Shown here one piece after another: positions 19,013 through 29,761 of a stretch of DNA of 64,000 nt. Location of the stretch: the NCBI GenBank assembly GCA_963796685.1, contig CAWCMR010000003.1:31759-95758 (forward strand), given 5' to 3'. Every line of letters begins with the position of its first letter. Position 1 is the first letter of the stretch. The notes beneath the pieces are model-generated. The model was not told the DNA's origin. It saw only the letters and a program-made list of their open reading frames with translations, and ran no database searches. The DNA comes from an uncultured delta proteobacterium (GTDB taxonomy: Bacteria; Myxococcota_A; Polyangia; Fen-1088). Both the position numbers and the translations under genes were made by a program.

Positions 19013-20354
19013 GATTGCCCTCGCTTGTCGATGACCCGCTTGGCCTTGCCCTCGCTGCGCTGGATGGTGTGCGGCTCGACCAGGGTGACCTTGATGCGAA
19101 TGCCGACCACGCGCTCGATGGTGTCCATGACCTTTTCGGCCAGCGCTTCCAGGGCGCCGACCTTGTCGCTGAAGATTTCGGGCGTGACCTCGACCTGCAC
19201 CTCGATCTGGTCCAGGCCGTGCTCGCGCGTGAGGATGATCTGGTAGTGGGGCAGGGTGCCTTCCACCTCCAGCAGCGCCGCCTCGATCTGCGACGGGAAC
19301 ACGTTCACCCCGCGCACGATCAGCATGTCGTCGCTGCGCCGGCCGATGCGCCGCATGCGCCGCAGGGTGCGCCCGCACGGGCAGGCGCCGGGCAGAAGCG
19401 CGGTGATGTCGCGCGTGCGGTAGCGGATCATGGGCATGGCCCGCTTCGTCAGGGTGGTGAGCACCAATTCGCCTTCTTGGCCGTCGGGCAGCACCTGGCC
19501 GGTCTCGGGGTCGATGATCTCGGGGTAGAAGTGGTCCTCGAAGATGTGCAGGCCGTCGTGGTGCGGGCATTCGATGGCCACGCCCGGGCCGATAATCTCC
19601 GACAGGCCGTAGATGTCGAAGGCGCGCGATGTTGGCTCACGCTCTCGATGTGCCGGCGCATCGACTGCGGTCCACGGCTCGGCGCCGAACACGCCGGCAC
19701 GCAAGCGGCAGGGATTTCGAAGTCGACGCCGAGCTGGCCCGCGCGATCGATGAGGTGCAGGAAGTAGCTGGGCGTGCAGCAGATGGCGGTGACGCCGAAA
19801 TCCTTCATCACCATGATCTGGCGGTCGGTGTTGCCGCCCGAGATGGGGATGACCGTGGCGCCGAGCGCCTCGGCGCCGTAGTGCGCGCCGAGGCCGCCGG
19901 TGAACAGGCCGTAGCCGTAGGCGTTCTGCACGATGTCGCCGTCGTGCAGACCGCAGGCGGCGAAGCTGCGCACCATGACCTGGGTCCAGACCTCGACGTC
20001 GTCCTTGGTGTAGGCCACCACGATGGGCTTGCCGGTGGTGCCGCTGGAGGCGTGCAGCCGCACCACCTCCTCGAGCGGGCTGGCGAACAGGCCGAAGGGG
20101 TAGGTGTCGCGCAGATCGGCTTTGGACGGTGAACGGCAGCTCGGCCAGGTCGCCCGGCGACTGGAGGTCCGCGGGTGCGATCTTGCGACCCTGCAGGCGC
20201 TCGCGGAAAAGGCAACCCGCTCGTAGGCGTGGCCCACGATGGCTTGCAGCCGATCGAGTTGCAGCTTGCGCAGCAGGGCCACGGGCACGAAGTCGGGCGC
20301 GCTCGCGGGATGGAAGGTGGGCTTGGCCTCTGTCGCTGATGGAATCGCCGTCAT
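19009..20354 (-). CDS. paaK: Phenylacetate-CoA ligase with several apparent frameshifts (likely sequencing errors)
   Basis: [37 protein letters not shown] and [13 protein letters not shown] split over several frames between about 19620 and 20215. Confidence 0.85.
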
Positions 20355-20363
20355 GATGTCTTC

Positions 20364-20849
20364 CTATGCGCCTTTCTGGGACGTCCTGCCGATGGCAAAA
20401 GCCTGCAAGTTGGCCGCGTGGAGCTTCTCGGGAAGTGCGGCTTGGATGGCCGCGTGCCACAGATTGTCGGCAAGATCGAGGTGGCGCGCAAGGGCTCCGA
20501 GCAGGGCCACGTTCAGGCTCTTCTTGTTGGCGAGGCTTGCCTCGTCGATCAGGCCGGGCTCGATCAGCACGCCCCCCGATTTCAGCATGGGGCGTGCGAC
20601 CTCGATTTGGCTCTGCGACAGCACCACCAGACAGTCGGCCTCGCCTGGCGGCACCATGGGCGAAAAGACCTTCCTGCCGAAGCGCACGTCGCTCGACACC
20701 GAGCCGCCGCGTTGGCTCATGCCGTGGATTTCGCTCTTCTTGACGTCGAAGCCGGCGCGGAACACGGCGCTGGCCAGGATGTCCGAGGCCTTGAGCACGC
20801 CCTGGCCACCCAGGCCGGCGATGACGATGTTGGTGATGTGGTTGCTCAT
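20364..20849 (-). CDS. iorB: Indolepyruvate:ferredoxin oxidoreductase beta subunit
   Basis: GLGGQG and [13 protein letters not shown] motifs. Confidence 0.9.
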   Translation of the reverse strand: MSNHITNIVIAGLGGQGVLKASDILASAVFRAGFDVKKSEIHGMSQRGGSVSSDVRFGRKVFSPMVPPGEADCLVVLSQSQIEVARPMLKSGGVLIEPGLIDEASLANKKSLNVALLGALARHLDLADNLWHAAIQAALPEKLHAANLQAFAIGRTSQKGA

Positions 20850-20850
20850 G

Positions 20851-22458
20851 TCACTTGGGGGCATTGGATTTCTCCCGAACCCTTATTGCGCCGGCTGCCA
20901 GCAGGCATGGGCGGCGGGCGATGATGAGGGTGAGCTCGTCCTTGTCCAGGGCCTCGCGCAGCACGCGCGCGATGCCGGCCGAGTCGAGGATGGGATCCAC
21001 GACTTGAACGTTCTCGATGCCGAGGGCGCGGGCCAGCTCCTCGAAGCTCAGCTTGCCTGTCGCCTCGTGGTTGAGTCGGCGGCCCGTGCCCGGGTGCTCC
21101 TGCAGGCCGGTCATGGCCGTGGTGCCGTTATCCAGGATGACCAGCACGTGGCCGGTGAGGGGCGGGTTGTAGATCATCTCGACCAGACCCGTGATACCGC
21201 TGTGGACGAAGGTCGAGTCGCCGATCACGCTGACCACCCGACGCGCCTGCTCGGGCGGCAGGGCGTGGCGCAGGCCCAGGCCCACGCCGATGGAAGCACC
21301 CATGCACACGCAGGTGTCCATGGCGGAGAACGGCGGCAGGACGCCGAGGGTGTAGCAGCCGATGTCGCCGGACACGATGCAGTCGAGGTCGTGCAAGACC
21401 TCGAAGACATTGCGGTGCGGGCAGCCCGGGCAAAGCTCGGGCGGTTTGCCGGGCGCCGGCGCGGCCTCGGTCGAGGTGTCGCCCGCGACGATGCGACGGA
21501 CGCGCGCGACGTTCAGCTCGCCGAAGCGGTACATCTCGGGCTTGTTCTCGGCGGCGATGCCGGCCGTGCGCGCGGCCTCGTAGAGGAAAGGATCGCCTTC
21601 TTCCACGACCAGGCAACGCTCGACGGAGGCGGCGAAGCGTCGCATGGTCTCGACGGGCAGCGGGTAGGTGAGGCCGATCTTGAGCACGCGCGCCTCGGGT
21701 GCGGCCTCGCGCACGTGCTGAAAGGAAATGCCGGAGGTGATGATGCCCAAGGTGCCCCCGCCCTCGACGATCTGGCTTGGTCCCTCGCTGTCGTTCCAGG
21801 CCGCCAGCTCGGCCAGCTTCGCCCGCAGCCGCTTGTGCGCCGGCCGCGCGTAGGCGGGAATCATCACGCGGCCGGGAATGTCGCGCACGAAACCGACCGG
21901 TTTGGCCGGCGGTACGGGATAGCCCGGCGTTTGCAGCGCCGTGGCCGAGTGGCACACCCGCGTGGTCATGCGTAGCAGGACCGGCACGTGCCAGCGTTCG
22001 GACAGCGCGAACGCGCGCAGGGTGAAATCGTAGGCTTCCTGCGAATCCGCCGGCTCCAGCATGGGCAGGCCCGCGGCGACCGCGAAGCGCCGGTTGTCCT
22101 GCTCGTTCTGGCTGGAGGCCATGCCGGGATCGTCGGCCGACACGATCACGAGGCCCCCCGACACGCCCGTGTAGGCCACCGTGAAGAGCGGATCCGCCGC
22201 CACGTTGAGGCCCACGTGCTTCATGGTGACGAGCGCCCGCGCACCCGCGAAGGCCGCGCCGATGCCCACCTCCAGCGCCACCTTCTCGTTGGGCGCCCAC
22301 TGGGCGGGTCCCCCTAATCCGTCGAAGAATTCCAGGATTTCCGTCGACGGTGTGCCAGGGTAGCCCGTACCGAGCTTGACCCCCGCCTGCATCGCGGCCA
22401 GGGCCACCGCCTCGTTGCCGCTCGCCAACCGACGGCCTACTTCGTGTTGCTGTGACAT
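20851..22458 (-). CDS. iorA: Indolepyruvate:ferredoxin oxidoreductase alpha subunit
   Basis: GNEA, YPGTPSTE, MKHVGLNVAAD, SQNEQD, LCPGCPH, DIGCY and GDSTF.HSG motifs. Confidence 0.93.
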   Translation of the reverse strand: MSQQHEVGRRLASGNEAVALAAMQAGVKLGTGYPGTPSTEILEFFDGLGGPAQWAPNEKVALEVGIGAAFAGARALVTMKHVGLNVAADPLFTVAYTGVSGGLVIVSADDPGMASSQNEQDNRRFAVAAGLPMLEPADSQEAYDFTLRAFALSERWHVPVLLRMTTRVCHSATALQTPGYPVPPAKPVGFVRDIPGRVMIPAYARPAHKRLRAKLAELAAWNDSEGPSQIVEGGGTLGIITSGISFQHVREAAPEARVLKIGLTYPLPVETMRRFAASVERCLVVEEGDPFLYEAARTAGIAAENKPEMYRFGELNVARVRRIVAGDTSTEAAPAPGKPPELCPGCPHRNVFEVLHDLDCIVSGDIGCYTLGVLPPFSAMDTCVCMGASIGVGLGLRHALPPEQARRVVSVIGDSTFVHSGITGLVEMIYNPPLTGHVLVILDNGTTAMTGLQEHPGTGRRLNHEATGKLSFEELARALGIENVQVVDPILDSAGIARVLREALDKDELTLIIARRPCLLAAGAIRVREKSNAPK

Positions 22459-22687
22459 GGAATGCTACCTCGAACGCCGGACCTTGGCCCAATCGAATCG
22501 AGGAGACAAGAGCCTTCCAACGGATTACGTTCCGTCGAAACCGTGGCCTTGCGCGCACAGAGTGTGCCCGTGGCCACGGGACGCTGTTCGTGGCAAACAC
22601 GACCTTTCGGCCATCCGTACGGCCTGCTCGCGACCTGATGGATGTCGTGCTCGCAGTCGCGAGCTTACTCCTGCCGAGCCGGCCTCG

Positions 22688-24376
22688 TCACGGCTTGCCG
22701 ACAAATGTCGTAACGGATTGTGCGGCGAGGGAGGCGCTAAACCGTCCGGCCGTCACCGCGATGTCGGTCCCTGCAGCCAGCTTGGAGCTCGATGTGGTGA
22801 CGTATGGGGTCACGGACGCCGGCCACGCCGTGCCCGCGACGAAGAAGGAAACCTGCTGAGCCGAACCCCCGTTCACCACCACGATGGCCGTCGTCCCGTC
22901 CGGCGGGTTCGAGAATGCCACCACCAGAGGCACGGTTCCGGATGCTTTGGCGGCGCCGCTGACGTCGACGCGGTAGTAGCCGGGGCGTACGAACTTGCTG
23001 AAGTTTCCGAGCGCGTAGTACTGGGCGGGCGGACTGCTTGCATTCGGGATGAACGCCTGGGTCCACCAATAGTGCCATCCGTTCACACCGCCGGTCGAGA
23101 ACGCCGCGTAAACCATCGTCGCGATGGTGATCGGCCCCGTGTCACCCGGCGTGCACTCCGTCTCCCAGACATGGTGCGTGTTGTTCGCAGGGGGCGCCGG
23201 ACGTCCATACGTCCCCGCGCTGGTGTTTCCGTAGTCGTGCGTCGCGATCGGTCCGACGTAGGAGTCGGCCTTCGAGTCGGCAATGATGGCAGGGCCGTAA
23301 TTGTCGCCGCCCCAGATGTTGCCCCAGTTGTCGGGCTCGGCCGCCAGCACCTTGACGGGCGGGTTGAGCGCCGCTAGCAACGGCCCAAGCACATCGATGA
23401 AGTTCACCATCTGGGTCTTGTCGAAAAGGCACGACTGGTAACTCGCCGTGAAATCAGGCTCGTTCTGAGCCGAGAGGGCGTAGAGGTCCACGCCACCGTT
23501 CTGCTTGTAGAAGGCAGGGAACGCCGCGAGGATCGCTGCCCACGAGGCGTAGGCGGACGTATTCAAATGCCCGCCGTTGTTGACGTTATTGTTGTCCTTG
23601 TCTCCCGCGGGCGGCGACCAGGGAGCTGCCCACACCTTGCACGCACAGCCGGCAAACTTGACGCAGGCCTGACCGTCGGCATACCCCGCAGCTCCCATGA
23701 TATTGGGCTTGCCGCTCGTACCGTCGATGCCAACGCGGAGCAGGGTCAGCCCAATCCCGTTGACCGGATCCCACAAGAGCGTTTGCATGGCCGTCGAAGA
23801 TGAGCCTTGCCAGACGTCGGCGAGCCCAAAGCCATCCACGATCTGATGCTGCTTCGTCGGATCGACCGTAATGTCGCTTGTCTGGGCCGTCCCGGCCGTC
23901 TTCGTTCCAACATATACCGCGGTGCTTCCGCAGGTAACTGGCTCGGTGGTCCCGCCGGTGCCCGGCCCGGATCCGCCCGACCCGTTGCGACCGCCGGTGC
24001 CCGGCCGTCCGTCTGGGCTGGTGGCGACGTCGGTGACGCTGGCGTCGCCCGGGCCGCTGCGACCGCCGGTTGCGAGCTCGCCGCCGGTTCCCGACTGGCC
24101 GCCTGAGCTGGTCGCCCCGCCAGAGCCACTGCGACCACCGGTTCCCGGCTGGCCGCCCGAGCTGGTTGCCCCGCCAGAGGCGCTGCCACCCGAGCCACTA
24201 CGACCACCCGTTCCCGACTCCCCGCCCGAGCTGGTCGTACCGCCCGTGTTTCCCGGCTCGCCGCCCGACCCGTGGACGCCCCCGCTGCCATTTGTCACTG
24301 ATGTGCCCGAAGAACAAGCAGCGCCCGCAATCGCGAGTGCAGCAACCGTTGTGCGCAAGAAGCGGTTTGATGTCAT
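22688..24376 (-). CDS. GH30 xylanase-like lipoprotein with Gly/Ser/Thr linker
   Basis: Lipobox AAC, repetitive linker, WSPP, QNEPD (acid/base), WETE (nucleophile) and SKFVRPGY.R. Confidence 0.85.
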   Translation of the reverse strand: MTSNRFLRTTVAALAIAGAACSSGTSVTNGSGGVHGSGGEPGNTGGTTSSGGESGTGGRSGSGGSASGGATSSGGQPGTGGRSGSGGATSSGGQSGTGGELATGGRSGPGDASVTDVATSPDGRPGTGGRNGSGGSGPGTGGTTEPVTCGSTAVYVGTKTAGTAQTSDITVDPTKQHQIVDGFGLADVWQGSSSTAMQTLLWDPVNGIGLTLLRVGIDGTSGKPNIMGAAGYADGQACVKFAGCACKVWAAPWSPPAGDKDNNNVNNGGHLNTSAYASWAAILAAFPAFYKQNGGVDLYALSAQNEPDFTASYQSCLFDKTQMVNFIDVLGPLLAALNPPVKVLAAEPDNWGNIWGGDNYGPAIIADSKADSYVGPIATHDYGNTSAGTYGRPAPPANNTHHVWETECTPGDTGPITIATMVYAAFSTGGVNGWHYWWTQAFIPNASSPPAQYYALGNFSKFVRPGYYRVDVSGAAKASGTVPLVVAFSNPPDGTTAIVVVNGGSAQQVSFFVAGTAWPASVTPYVTTSSSKLAAGTDIAVTAGRFSASLAAQSVTTFVGKP

Positions 24377-24713
24377 GCGTTCCTCTCATTTCGGATTTCG
24401 ACGGTCGGCGTCTGTCCACAGGGACAACGAGGATGCACCTCAATCGCAAAGACCGTCCTAATCAGCAGTGGGAGAGGCGCCTGAATTCCGTCTCGTAATT
24501 CGGATCGAAAGACAAATCCGGCTAGTCCTTCGCCGCGCCCTTTCTGCTCACATCTGCCCCTGTGTGCTCACAGGTGCGACCTCGCGGGAAGACAGGTTCT
24601 TCCTTCGCTCGGCGATGTAAGCGACCCGTCGCCGCGCACAGCTCGCGCCACCACACCGCGTTTCCGAACAGAACGCCCAGGTGTACACGCAGCGTGCGGT
24701 CGGCTTCGGCGTG

Positions 24714-25262
24714 TCACCTGGAAGGGAGGCCTGCAGAGCGCTGCTGCGCCTGCAACAGTTTCTCCAGCTGGGCGCTGATGTCTTGGATGAGCTTAGGGTT
24801 GTCTTGCGCTGTTGCGATCGCAAGTGCCTGGCGTTCGGACTGGAGGGCTTCCGGAAGCCGGTCCAGGTCGGCGTAGACGTGGCCAAGAAGGTGCAGGATC
24901 AATGGATTCTTGCCGCCCGATAGTCTGACCGCCTGCTCCAGGTGGAGGCTCGCCTCGTCGAAGCGGCCCTTTCCTGCCAGCGCCTGAGCGAGGTTGATGC
25001 GGGCATCGACTGCATCCGGTTTCGCCTCCACCACCCTTTTCAGCTGGAAGATGGCCTTGTTCGTCTGCCCCGCATGGGCCAGCACGATCCCGAGGTTCGT
25101 GCGGGCGACAGCGTAAGCCGGGTCCAGCTCGACGGCTGCTTCGAATTGGGCGATCGCCTCCTTGACCGCACCTTTGCCGGCCAGTGCCTCGCCGAGGTTG
25201 TTGTGCGCCTCCGAATACTGCGGGTTCAGCGCCAACGCTTTTTGAGATCCAGCTCGACCCAT
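24714..25262 (-). pseudogene. TPR-repeat protein, C-terminal fragment
   Basis: Begins mid-repeat (QKALALNPQYSEAHNNLG) and contains about 4 TPRs. Confidence 0.65.
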
Positions 25263-25296
25263 ACGCGACGTGGCACTTGCGGTGGCAGCTTCGGTT

Positions 25297-26832
25297 TCAG
25301 CGCAAGTCGAAATTGTCGAAGTAGAACCAGCCCGACCAGCCGGCGGGAAGTGAAACAACAAGTCCGAAGTAGGTGCCCTGGGAACCGCCGGCATCTATCG
25401 CAAGGTTCGAGACCACATTCGCAATGCCGCCGTAGTTGATGTTGGCGGCAGGCCCCCCAATGACCCAGGTGGACTCGGTGTAGGCGTACATCATGCCGTC
25501 CGATGGATCCGGATACGCTGGATCCGACACCGCCCAGAACTGGAAGTTCAGCTTCAGGCCGTTGACACTAGCGGTCCCGTTGCTCGGACAGTACGGTACC
25601 TGAATCCGGAAGCCAGGGGTACTGCCTTGGGCATGGATCGCCATCATACGGCTACTGTTGTAGCTCACGTTGCTGAGAGTCGACGTCGTGGAGGAAGCGG
25701 GATCCCACGCCCAGCCTTCGAGACCTGCCGATTCGAAATTCCAGCTGCCACAACTGTTGGAAGTGCTGCAAGACAGTGTTGTGCCAACGCAAACACAGTT
25801 GCCCGAGCCATTGCATTTCTGGTTTGCGGAACAGTGGTTGCCGCACACACCGCAATTCGCGACGTCACTGCCATAGACATTGATGCAACCGCTGCTGCCA
25901 CAGTCGGTCAGCGAGCCGGGGCAGACGCAGGTGCCGGTCGAGCAGCTTCTTCCACTCGGGCAAACATTGTCGCATGTGCCGCAGTTGGAGTTGCTCGTGT
26001 TTGTGCTGACACAAACGCCGCCACACAGAGTCTGGGCGGCGGGGCAGGCGCATTGACCAGTCTGGCACGTCTTGCCGCCAGTGCAGGAGCCGCAGGCCGC
26101 CCCGGCCGTGCCGCACGAGGCATCCGTCTGGCCTGCATACCCCGTACACACCTTTCCGCTGCAGCAGCCGCTGGGACACGAGACCACGTCGCACACGCAG
26201 TTGCCCGCCGAGCAATGCTGCCCGGCCGCACAGGCAACTCCGCAGGTGCCGCAATTGCCGATGTCGTTTTGCAGATTTACACAGGTTCCGCTGCACGCTG
26301 TCTGCCCGTTGGGACAGGCCGTGCCGCCCGTGCCAGTCAAGCCCCCCATCCCCGCAATACCACCGGTCCCAGAAGTACCGCCCACCCCGTAAGCACCACC
26401 GGTGCTCGTTCCGCCGTCAGCGCCTCCGGTCGTGTTCGGCGCATCGGGATTGGACGTCATCCCTCCGGTTGCGGGCGGCGCGTCTGCGACCGTGGTACCT
26501 CCCGAGCCGCCAGCCGCATCCATGGGGACAATGCCCCCTGAGCCTGAGCCGCCCGTCCCTCCCGTCGTGCCGGGTGCGTCGGGATTGGATGTCCTTCCTC
26601 CGGTTGCGAGCGGCACGTCCGCGACCGCGCTGTCTCCCGAGCCGCCGGCCCCGTCCAGCAGCCCAGTCAGTGCGTCGGCATGCGCCAAATCGTGTGGCGA
26701 GACCTCGCCCGCTTGTGAGTCTCCATCCAACGTGGGTGGATGTTTGAGGTCCGAATAGCAGCCCAGGGGGCCAAACCAAGCAGCCAACAGCGTGCTCTTT
26801 GCAAGGATGGTCAAGCTTCGATGCAATCGCAT
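25297..26832 (-). CDS. Cys-rich surface lipoprotein with Gly-rich linker and C-terminal beta-sandwich
   Basis: Lipobox LGC; repeats of the type C...CV.....NCG.CG..C; ends FYFDNFDLR. Confidence 0.8.
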   Translation of the reverse strand: MRLHRSLTILAKSTLLAAWFGPLGCYSDLKHPPTLDGDSQAGEVSPHDLAHADALTGLLDGAGGSGDSAVADVPLATGGRTSNPDAPGTTGGTGGSGSGGIVPMDAAGGSGGTTVADAPPATGGMTSNPDAPNTTGGADGGTSTGGAYGVGGTSGTGGIAGMGGLTGTGGTACPNGQTACSGTCVNLQNDIGNCGTCGVACAAGQHCSAGNCVCDVVSCPSGCCSGKVCTGYAGQTDASCGTAGAACGSCTGGKTCQTGQCACPAAQTLCGGVCVSTNTSNSNCGTCDNVCPSGRSCSTGTCVCPGSLTDCGSSGCINVYGSDVANCGVCGNHCSANQKCNGSGNCVCVGTTLSCSTSNSCGSWNFESAGLEGWAWDPASSTTSTLSNVSYNSSRMMAIHAQGSTPGFRIQVPYCPSNGTASVNGLKLNFQFWAVSDPAYPDPSDGMMYAYTESTWVIGGPAANINYGGIANVVSNLAIDAGGSQGTYFGLVVSLPAGWSGWFYFDNFDLR

Positions 26833-26835
26833 GAT

Positions 26836-27615
26836 CTAGAATTCTCCTTCCAAGGTGAGGCCTGCCCCACCGCGGGGCGAGAAAGGCGCGAGGGCAACAC
26901 TTCCGCTTCCTGTTCTGGTGCGCTTGTGACCGACCAGGTAGAGCACAATGCCAGTGACCAGCGCTGCGCCTCCCGCGCCGTAGCAAACCATGGATGACGT
27001 TTTGTAGGAGTGGAGACTCGATTCCAGGCCCGAGTCTGCGGCCTGGTTGGCTTTGAGATTTAGAACGAAGCCCGTTGCAACTCCGGCCAACCCGATGCTG
27101 CCAACCACGATGCCAATCGTTGGCAGGACCGAGCCACCGCTTTCTCCTGGAGGCGGTGGTGCGGGCACCACAGGGAGAGTCTCCAGGGGTGGCTGAGGTT
27201 GCGGTAGCAACGAAGGTGGCGAAGGCGACGCTACCGCCGTGGGAGGTGCGGCCTGCCTCTCCTCCTCCGCCTGGAAGGCCCTGCAGTCGGCGATGTGCTT
27301 CTCCGTGTCCGTGGCATCCTCGGCATTCATCCTCGGGGTCTTTCGCAAATACTCACGGAAGCGGTCGATCGCGCTAGTCCATTGATGGTTCTGCTCGTAG
27401 CAACGGCCCTGGTTGTAAATCCAGTTGGCGTCGTTTGTTTCGACGTAGAGCACGGCAAGGATCTCTACCCCTTTGCGAAAATCGCCGGCTGCGCAGGCAA
27501 TCTTGGCCGCTTTGGCCCGGGCATTCGCGGAGCTGCCCTTGGGATTGCTCGCCCGAGCCAGTGGCAACCAGGCAAGCGATAGCAGGAGCGCCGAGAGCAA
27601 GATAGGAGTTCGCAT
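26836..27615 (-). CDS. Secreted TPR protein with hydrophobic C-terminal module (myxobacterial type)
   Basis: Signal peptide, NQGRCYEQN TPR, Pro linker, two hydrophobic helices, terminal LTLEGEF. Confidence 0.8.
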   Translation of the reverse strand: MRTPILLSALLLSLAWLPLARASNPKGSSANARAKAAKIACAAGDFRKGVEILAVLYVETNDANWIYNQGRCYEQNHQWTSAIDRFREYLRKTPRMNAEDATDTEKHIADCRAFQAEEERQAAPPTAVASPSPPSLLPQPQPPLETLPVVPAPPPPGESGGSVLPTIGIVVGSIGLAGVATGFVLNLKANQAADSGLESSLHSYKTSSMVCYGAGGAALVTGIVLYLVGHKRTRTGSGSVALAPFSPRGGAGLTLEGEF

Positions 27616-27872
27616 CGGAAGGGATATACCTTAACACGGAGGCCCCCAAAGGCGCAGGCGAATCCGGGAAGTCTGGAATGCGCGCCATGTCTCTAGGCGG
27701 CGTCGGAAACCGACTGGTTGCCAGGCTGATGGCTCATCGAGGAGATTGGGTGCTGATGTCGGGCAGTGAATAGTGGCGTGCGGCGGCGAACGAAGACGTT
27801 CCCGACCTTGGCAGTGCAAGTTGTTCGCTTCTCCCGGGCGTGCCCTCTCGTCGGCGAGCACAGGCCTGGTGC

Positions 27873-29636
27873 TCAATGAGCACGTTGCGCCTCCGCGGCA
27901 CGCAGCATTTCCGCCGCAGCCGAGTAGTCCGGTCGCAGCTCCAGGGCTTTCTGAAACTGCGCAATGGCTTCGTCGACCCGTCCCAGCGAGAGCAGGGCGG
28001 TCCCCAGGTTGTTGCGAGCCACGACATACTCCGGAACCAGGGCCACGGCCCTCTCGAAATGCGGGAGGGCCTCGGCGGTCTGGCCGAGATACATCAGGGC
28101 CAGGCCGAGGTTGTTGTGAGCGAAGGCGTAATTGGGATCCACGTCCAAAGCCTTTCGGCATTGCTCAATACCCTCCGCAATGCGCCCCTGGCTGAGCAAA
28201 GCCAGGCCCAGATTGTTCATGGCCTTGGCGAAATCCGGCTTGATGTCGAGCGCCTTGCGGTACTCCATCATCCCTTCGTCTATCCGGAGCTGGTTCACCA
28301 GGACGAAGCCGAGGTTGTTGTGGACCTCCGGGATGTCCGGCTTGAGCGCCAGCACGTGGCGGAACAAGGTCTCGGAATCGTGCCATAGCTTGGACTGGCG
28401 CCAGCTCAGGCCGGCGAGCAAGAGCAGGACCGCGGCCAGCTCCGCGGCCAGCAGACGGCGTTGCTGTGTCCCCAGCCGGCGCAGCCCGGCCAGTGCCGCG
28501 GCCCCAACCAGCAAGGCCCAGGCCATCCCGGGCAAATAGGTGTAGCGGTCGGCCACGAGCAGGATGCTAATCGAGACCAGCCCGAGCACAGGCAGCAGGC
28601 TGACGACGTAATGGGCCCACGCGACCACTCCGCCCGGCCAGCGTCGCCGCCGGTAGAGCAGAACGGCGGTGAGCGCCAGTACGAGCCCCGCGCTGGCGAG
28701 GACGGCCGTGGCGGGGAGCCGGCGATCCAGAGGGATGGCGTAAAAGGGCATGAGCCCGACCGGGGCCACCGTCTTGCCGAGATAGAATCCAAGGCCATAC
28801 AAGGCCTGCTGGATTCGGAAGCCCAGGCCGAGGGGCTCGAGCACGGTGGTCTGATGCCGCGCCACGAAGCTGACCGATCCAGCCGCCACGGCCACGGACA
28901 GCAGCGGAAGCTTCTCCAGCCAGACCCGCCGGTGCTGCGGGTCCAGCCACTGCTTCCGATCCGCGGGAAGTCGGCGCAGCGGATAGAAGTCCAGCAGCAA
29001 CAGGGTGATGGGCAGGGTGATGCCGTTGGTCTTGGACAGCATGGAAGCCGCGAAGAGCACGGTGCAGATCGCGAGCCAGCGTCGCCGCCTCGCCTGGTCG
29101 GAGCAGGTCCGCAGGTAGCAGAGGATGGCCAGCAGGTAGAACGTGGCGCCCTGCAGGTCGTGCTGGCCACTTAGCCAGGCCACGGACTCGACCCGCAAGG
29201 GGTGCAAAGCGAAGAAGAGCGCGGCGAAGGCTGCGGCAGCCGGCAGGGACGCGTCGTCGTGGGGCAAAGGCGCGGCCAGACGCAGCAGCCGCACGGCCAC
29301 GAAGTAGAACAGGATGGCATTGAGCATGTGGAAGGCGAGGCTGCTGGCGTGATAACCGAGGGGCGCCATGCCCCAGAGCGAGTGGCCCAGGCAGGAGAAG
29401 AGCCAGCTCAGGGGCTGGTAGTTGCTCATGTAAAGAGTGGTGAGCATCCAGCGCAAATTTCGCCAGTCCAGCCCGCGAAAATGGGGGTTGTTGAGGAAAT
29501 TGGCGTCGTCGTCCCACGTGATGAAACCGGCCTGCAGCGTGGGCCAGAATGCCACCAGGACAGCCAACGAGATCAGCACCAGGAGGAGGAGTCGCCTCGA
29601 GCCGTCGCCTGCGATCGGAGAGCCGGAGGTCTTCAT
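27873..29636 (-). CDS. TMTC-like GT-C fold membrane glycosyltransferase with C-terminal TPRs
   Basis: F.TWDD, Y.PL, HPLRVESVAW, SK and ADRYTYLP motifs, followed by TPRs. Confidence 0.8.
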   Translation of the reverse strand: MKTSGSPIAGDGSRRLLLLVLISLAVLVAFWPTLQAGFITWDDDANFLNNPHFRGLDWRNLRWMLTTLYMSNYQPLSWLFSCLGHSLWGMAPLGYHASSLAFHMLNAILFYFVAVRLLRLAAPLPHDDASLPAAAAFAALFFALHPLRVESVAWLSGQHDLQGATFYLLAILCYLRTCSDQARRRRWLAICTVLFAASMLSKTNGITLPITLLLLDFYPLRRLPADRKQWLDPQHRRVWLEKLPLLSVAVAAGSVSFVARHQTTVLEPLGLGFRIQQALYGLGFYLGKTVAPVGLMPFYAIPLDRRLPATAVLASAGLVLALTAVLLYRRRRWPGGVVAWAHYVVSLLPVLGLVSISILLVADRYTYLPGMAWALLVGAAALAGLRRLGTQQRRLLAAELAAVLLLLAGLSWRQSKLWHDSETLFRHVLALKPDIPEVHNNLGFVLVNQLRIDEGMMEYRKALDIKPDFAKAMNNLGLALLSQGRIAEGIEQCRKALDVDPNYAFAHNNLGLALMYLGQTAEALPHFERAVALVPEYVVARNNLGTALLSLGRVDEAIAQFQKALELRPDYSAAAEMLRAAEAQRAH

Positions 29637-29761
29637 GACGTGTTGCCGCCACTATACAACTATCGTGGGGTCTTCTTTGCTGAACGGCGGGCGCTGGGGC
29701 TCGCGGTGGTGAAGCCACGCGTGCGCAGTTGCGGGCCACCGCGGACCAGACGGTGCTTTCC

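Noticed and set aside
19009-20354. paaK as a true pseudogene or programmed frameshift
   Set aside because: The indels cluster in an otherwise intact operon. Similar single frameshifts near 47000, 51775, 52550, 54670 and 57795 suggest long-read errors; this cannot be settled without reads.
17406-22458. iorAB-paaK-ACT-aminotransferase as a novel system; IorA lacking a C-terminal ferredoxin domain
   Set aside because: This is a known conserved anaerobic aryl-acid/aromatic amino acid cluster, and short IorA forms occur elsewhere
23940-24300. Tandem repeats as a CRISPR or other DNA array (also 26410-26650, 33520-33600, 36280-36510, 37020-37290)
   Set aside because: They are in-frame Gly/Ser/Thr linker repeats inside genes, with no repeat-spacer structure
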